A DNA stretch of 64,000 nucleotides from Escherichia phage EPIMAM01, in sequence record PQ493298; one strand, given 5' to 3'. Made by a program: the position numbers and the translations under genes. The first letter of the stretch is position 1; every line of letters begins with the position of its first letter. Below are positions 62,545-64,000 of this stretch, in pieces. The notes below the pieces were generated by a model. The model saw only the letters and a program-made list of their open reading frames with translations. It searched no databases and was not told the DNA's origin.

Positions 62545-62806
62545 TTAGACTTTCCTTTTTACCGCTGAGATAAGCGTTATATACTTTAAGAGTGCCGTAA
62601 TAAATTCGGTCATTTTCATCTAAAGACTCACGGTCAAGTTCATCGAGTTCCTTTTTATCCATGACTATAACATCATTGCAGTAAAGAAACCCAAGTTTTT
62701 CGTGACCAAACTCAAATTTATTGCAGTACACAATATTAGCGTGATGATTTCCGTGTAGATTAATCTCTTTTATGTCGGAATCACCGATATTCATACAATA
62801 AATCAT
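62477..62806 (-). CDS. hypothetical protein (denB.1-like)
   Basis: about 109 aa from ATG 62806; ORF-track start 62854 would place a terminator hairpin inside the CDS. Confidence 0.45.
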   Translation of the reverse strand: MIYCMNIGDSDIKEINLHGNHHANIVYCNKFEFGHEKLGFLYCNDVIVMDKKELDELDRESLDENDRIYYGTLKVYNAYLSGKKESLNAENESGFTETISDSDIYPIEQ

Positions 62807-62825
62807 AATTTCCCTTAAAACAAAA

Positions 62826-62837
62826 GGGCCGAAGCCC
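62826..62837 (-). terminator. terminator-like hairpin
   Basis: GGGCC-GAA-GCCC; 26-nt block including it repeats at 63048-63073. Confidence 0.5.
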
Positions 62838-63032
62838 TTATTTAAATTGTGCAATTCTTTTTTCTAAACAATCTGCGTAAGATTTCATTGAGATGAACTG
62901 TGAAAGCAGTAATTCTTGCTCAACTTCATTAATCGTTAGAAACTTTGTGCTTTCTAAAAATTTGCTCAGTGCATTAATTTTGAGCATTAATTGATCGTAT
63001 TCTTCTTTTACTCGTGCTTGATAACCTAACAT
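62838..63032 (-). CDS. hypothetical protein
   Basis: 64 aa ORF with AAGGAAAA SD. Confidence 0.45.
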   Translation of the reverse strand: MLGYQARVKEEYDQLMLKINALSKFLESTKFLTINEVEQELLLSQFISMKSYADCLEKRIAQFK

Positions 63033-63048
63033 AATTTTCCTTAGTTAA

Positions 63049-63060
63049 GGGCCGAAGCCC
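63049..63060 (-). terminator. terminator-like hairpin after rIIB
   Basis: GGGCC-GAA-GCCC immediately 3' of rIIB stop. Confidence 0.55.
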
Positions 63061-63999
63061 TTATTTAAATTGTTCAGTAACGTCTTCAACTACTTCGTAT
63101 TGGCAGGTACGCATTTTAGCATCGTTGTAATCAATCGGAATTGATACTACATCACGCGGATGCACTTTAACTTTTACAACTCGACTGGTTGAACTGCCAA
63201 AGTGACGAATATAAGATTTAGAACACACATGCAGACCACGAGAACAAGTTTGTGTATCATCGTCATTCACACGAGTACGTGGCATTTTAACTACTTTACC
63301 GGGACTGTTATCAAAAGTATTTGAATGACAGTCAAAGTAATTGCTGCGAACTACTTTCCAAGCATAGAAGTAACCATCTTCTGTAATTTCAATATCGTTT
63401 GCTACCAAGAAATCAAAGAGTCGAGATACCGCTTTTTGGCTTGGGTTTTCCAACAGATTTTCCAAGAACGGAAAATAAAATTCAAAGTTTTCGCCTTTTT
63501 CCATCGAATCGAGAATACGATCAACTAAACCAGACCGCAATTCAATATTTTGATAGAACAAGCTTCCACCTTCAATTCGAACATCACCGGAAATATATTT
63601 TTCAACAGCACGACGAACATTAATTTTTTGTGCCGCTTCTTCCAATTTATCTGCAACAAGCAGATTAAGAATTTCCTGGAAGTTTGAATGAGTATTAGGA
63701 GTTGCGTTATAAGTTACACCGTCAACAGTAATTGAAATGAATTTTTTAGATGCATTCCAAATAATGTCAGATTTAGCAACTGGAGCAATAACTGCATCGC
63801 TATTAACTTTAACTGTAATATCACCGCTAATAGTAACTTTGGAGCGCTCAGCTTCTTCAGCATTTTTCAAAACACGACGGATTGTGTCAACCGATACACC
63901 TTGCCAATCAGCCAATTCCTGTTGGGTATAATTACCACTTGAATACAGTTTGACAATTTCAGCTTGTTCGTTTTTGGTCAGGCATTTAATATTGTACAT
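63061..63999 (-). CDS. rIIB: rIIB rapid-lysis (RexAB exclusion resistance) protein
   Basis: 312 aa; N-terminus MYNIKCLTKNEQAEIVKLYSSGNYTQQELADWQGVSVDTIRRVLK; the window ends exactly at its start codon. Confidence 0.95.
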   Translation of the reverse strand: MYNIKCLTKNEQAEIVKLYSSGNYTQQELADWQGVSVDTIRRVLKNAEEAERSKVTISGDITVKVNSDAVIAPVAKSDIIWNASKKFISITVDGVTYNATPNTHSNFQEILNLLVADKLEEAAQKINVRRAVEKYISGDVRIEGGSLFYQNIELRSGLVDRILDSMEKGENFEFYFPFLENLLENPSQKAVSRLFDFLVANDIEITEDGYFYAWKVVRSNYFDCHSNTFDNSPGKVVKMPRTRVNDDDTQTCSRGLHVCSKSYIRHFGSSTSRVVKVKVHPRDVVSIPIDYNDAKMRTCQYEVVEDVTEQFK

Positions 64000-64000
64000 A

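Overview
This window is a contiguous segment of a T4-like (Tequatrovirus, T-even) myovirus genome, colinear with the T4 map from gene 23 to rIIB. Reading left to right: major capsid protein gp23 and vertex protein gp24; rnlB, hoc, inh, uvsW, uvsY; the baseplate hub and tail-tube block (25, 26, 51, 27, 28, 29, 48, 54); two tandem alt ADP-ribosyltransferase genes; DNA ligase gp30 and the 30.x small ORFs; rIII, gp31, cd, pseT, spanins, alc, rnlA, denA, nrdB, nrdA, td, frd; gp32, gp59, gp33, dsbA, rnh; the long tail fibre genes 34-38; holin t, asiA, arn, motA, gp52, ac, stp, ndd, denB and rIIB. Gene calls rest on reading the translated ORFs against recalled T4 proteins (length, N-terminal sequence, motifs) and on synteny; no database search was run. 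Several ORF-track starts are non-ATG artefacts (TTG etc.) and were trimmed to the in-frame ATG with a Shine-Dalgarno. Regulatory elements seen directly are T4 late promoters (TATAAATA), early promoters (GTTTAC -35 on the minus strand) and GC-stem tetraloop terminators. The most striking observation is an exact 127-bp tandem duplication inside the glycine-rich region of the gp38 receptor-binding adhesin gene, which frameshifts the ORF. Other differences from what I recall of T4 are an extra Ig-like domain in Hoc, a second full-length alt paralog, uninterrupted td and nrdB with no homing-endonuclease ORFs, an extra ORF between frd and td, a T2-type gp37/gp38 tip, and an extended stp frame. I found no system that is clearly outside known T-even biology.
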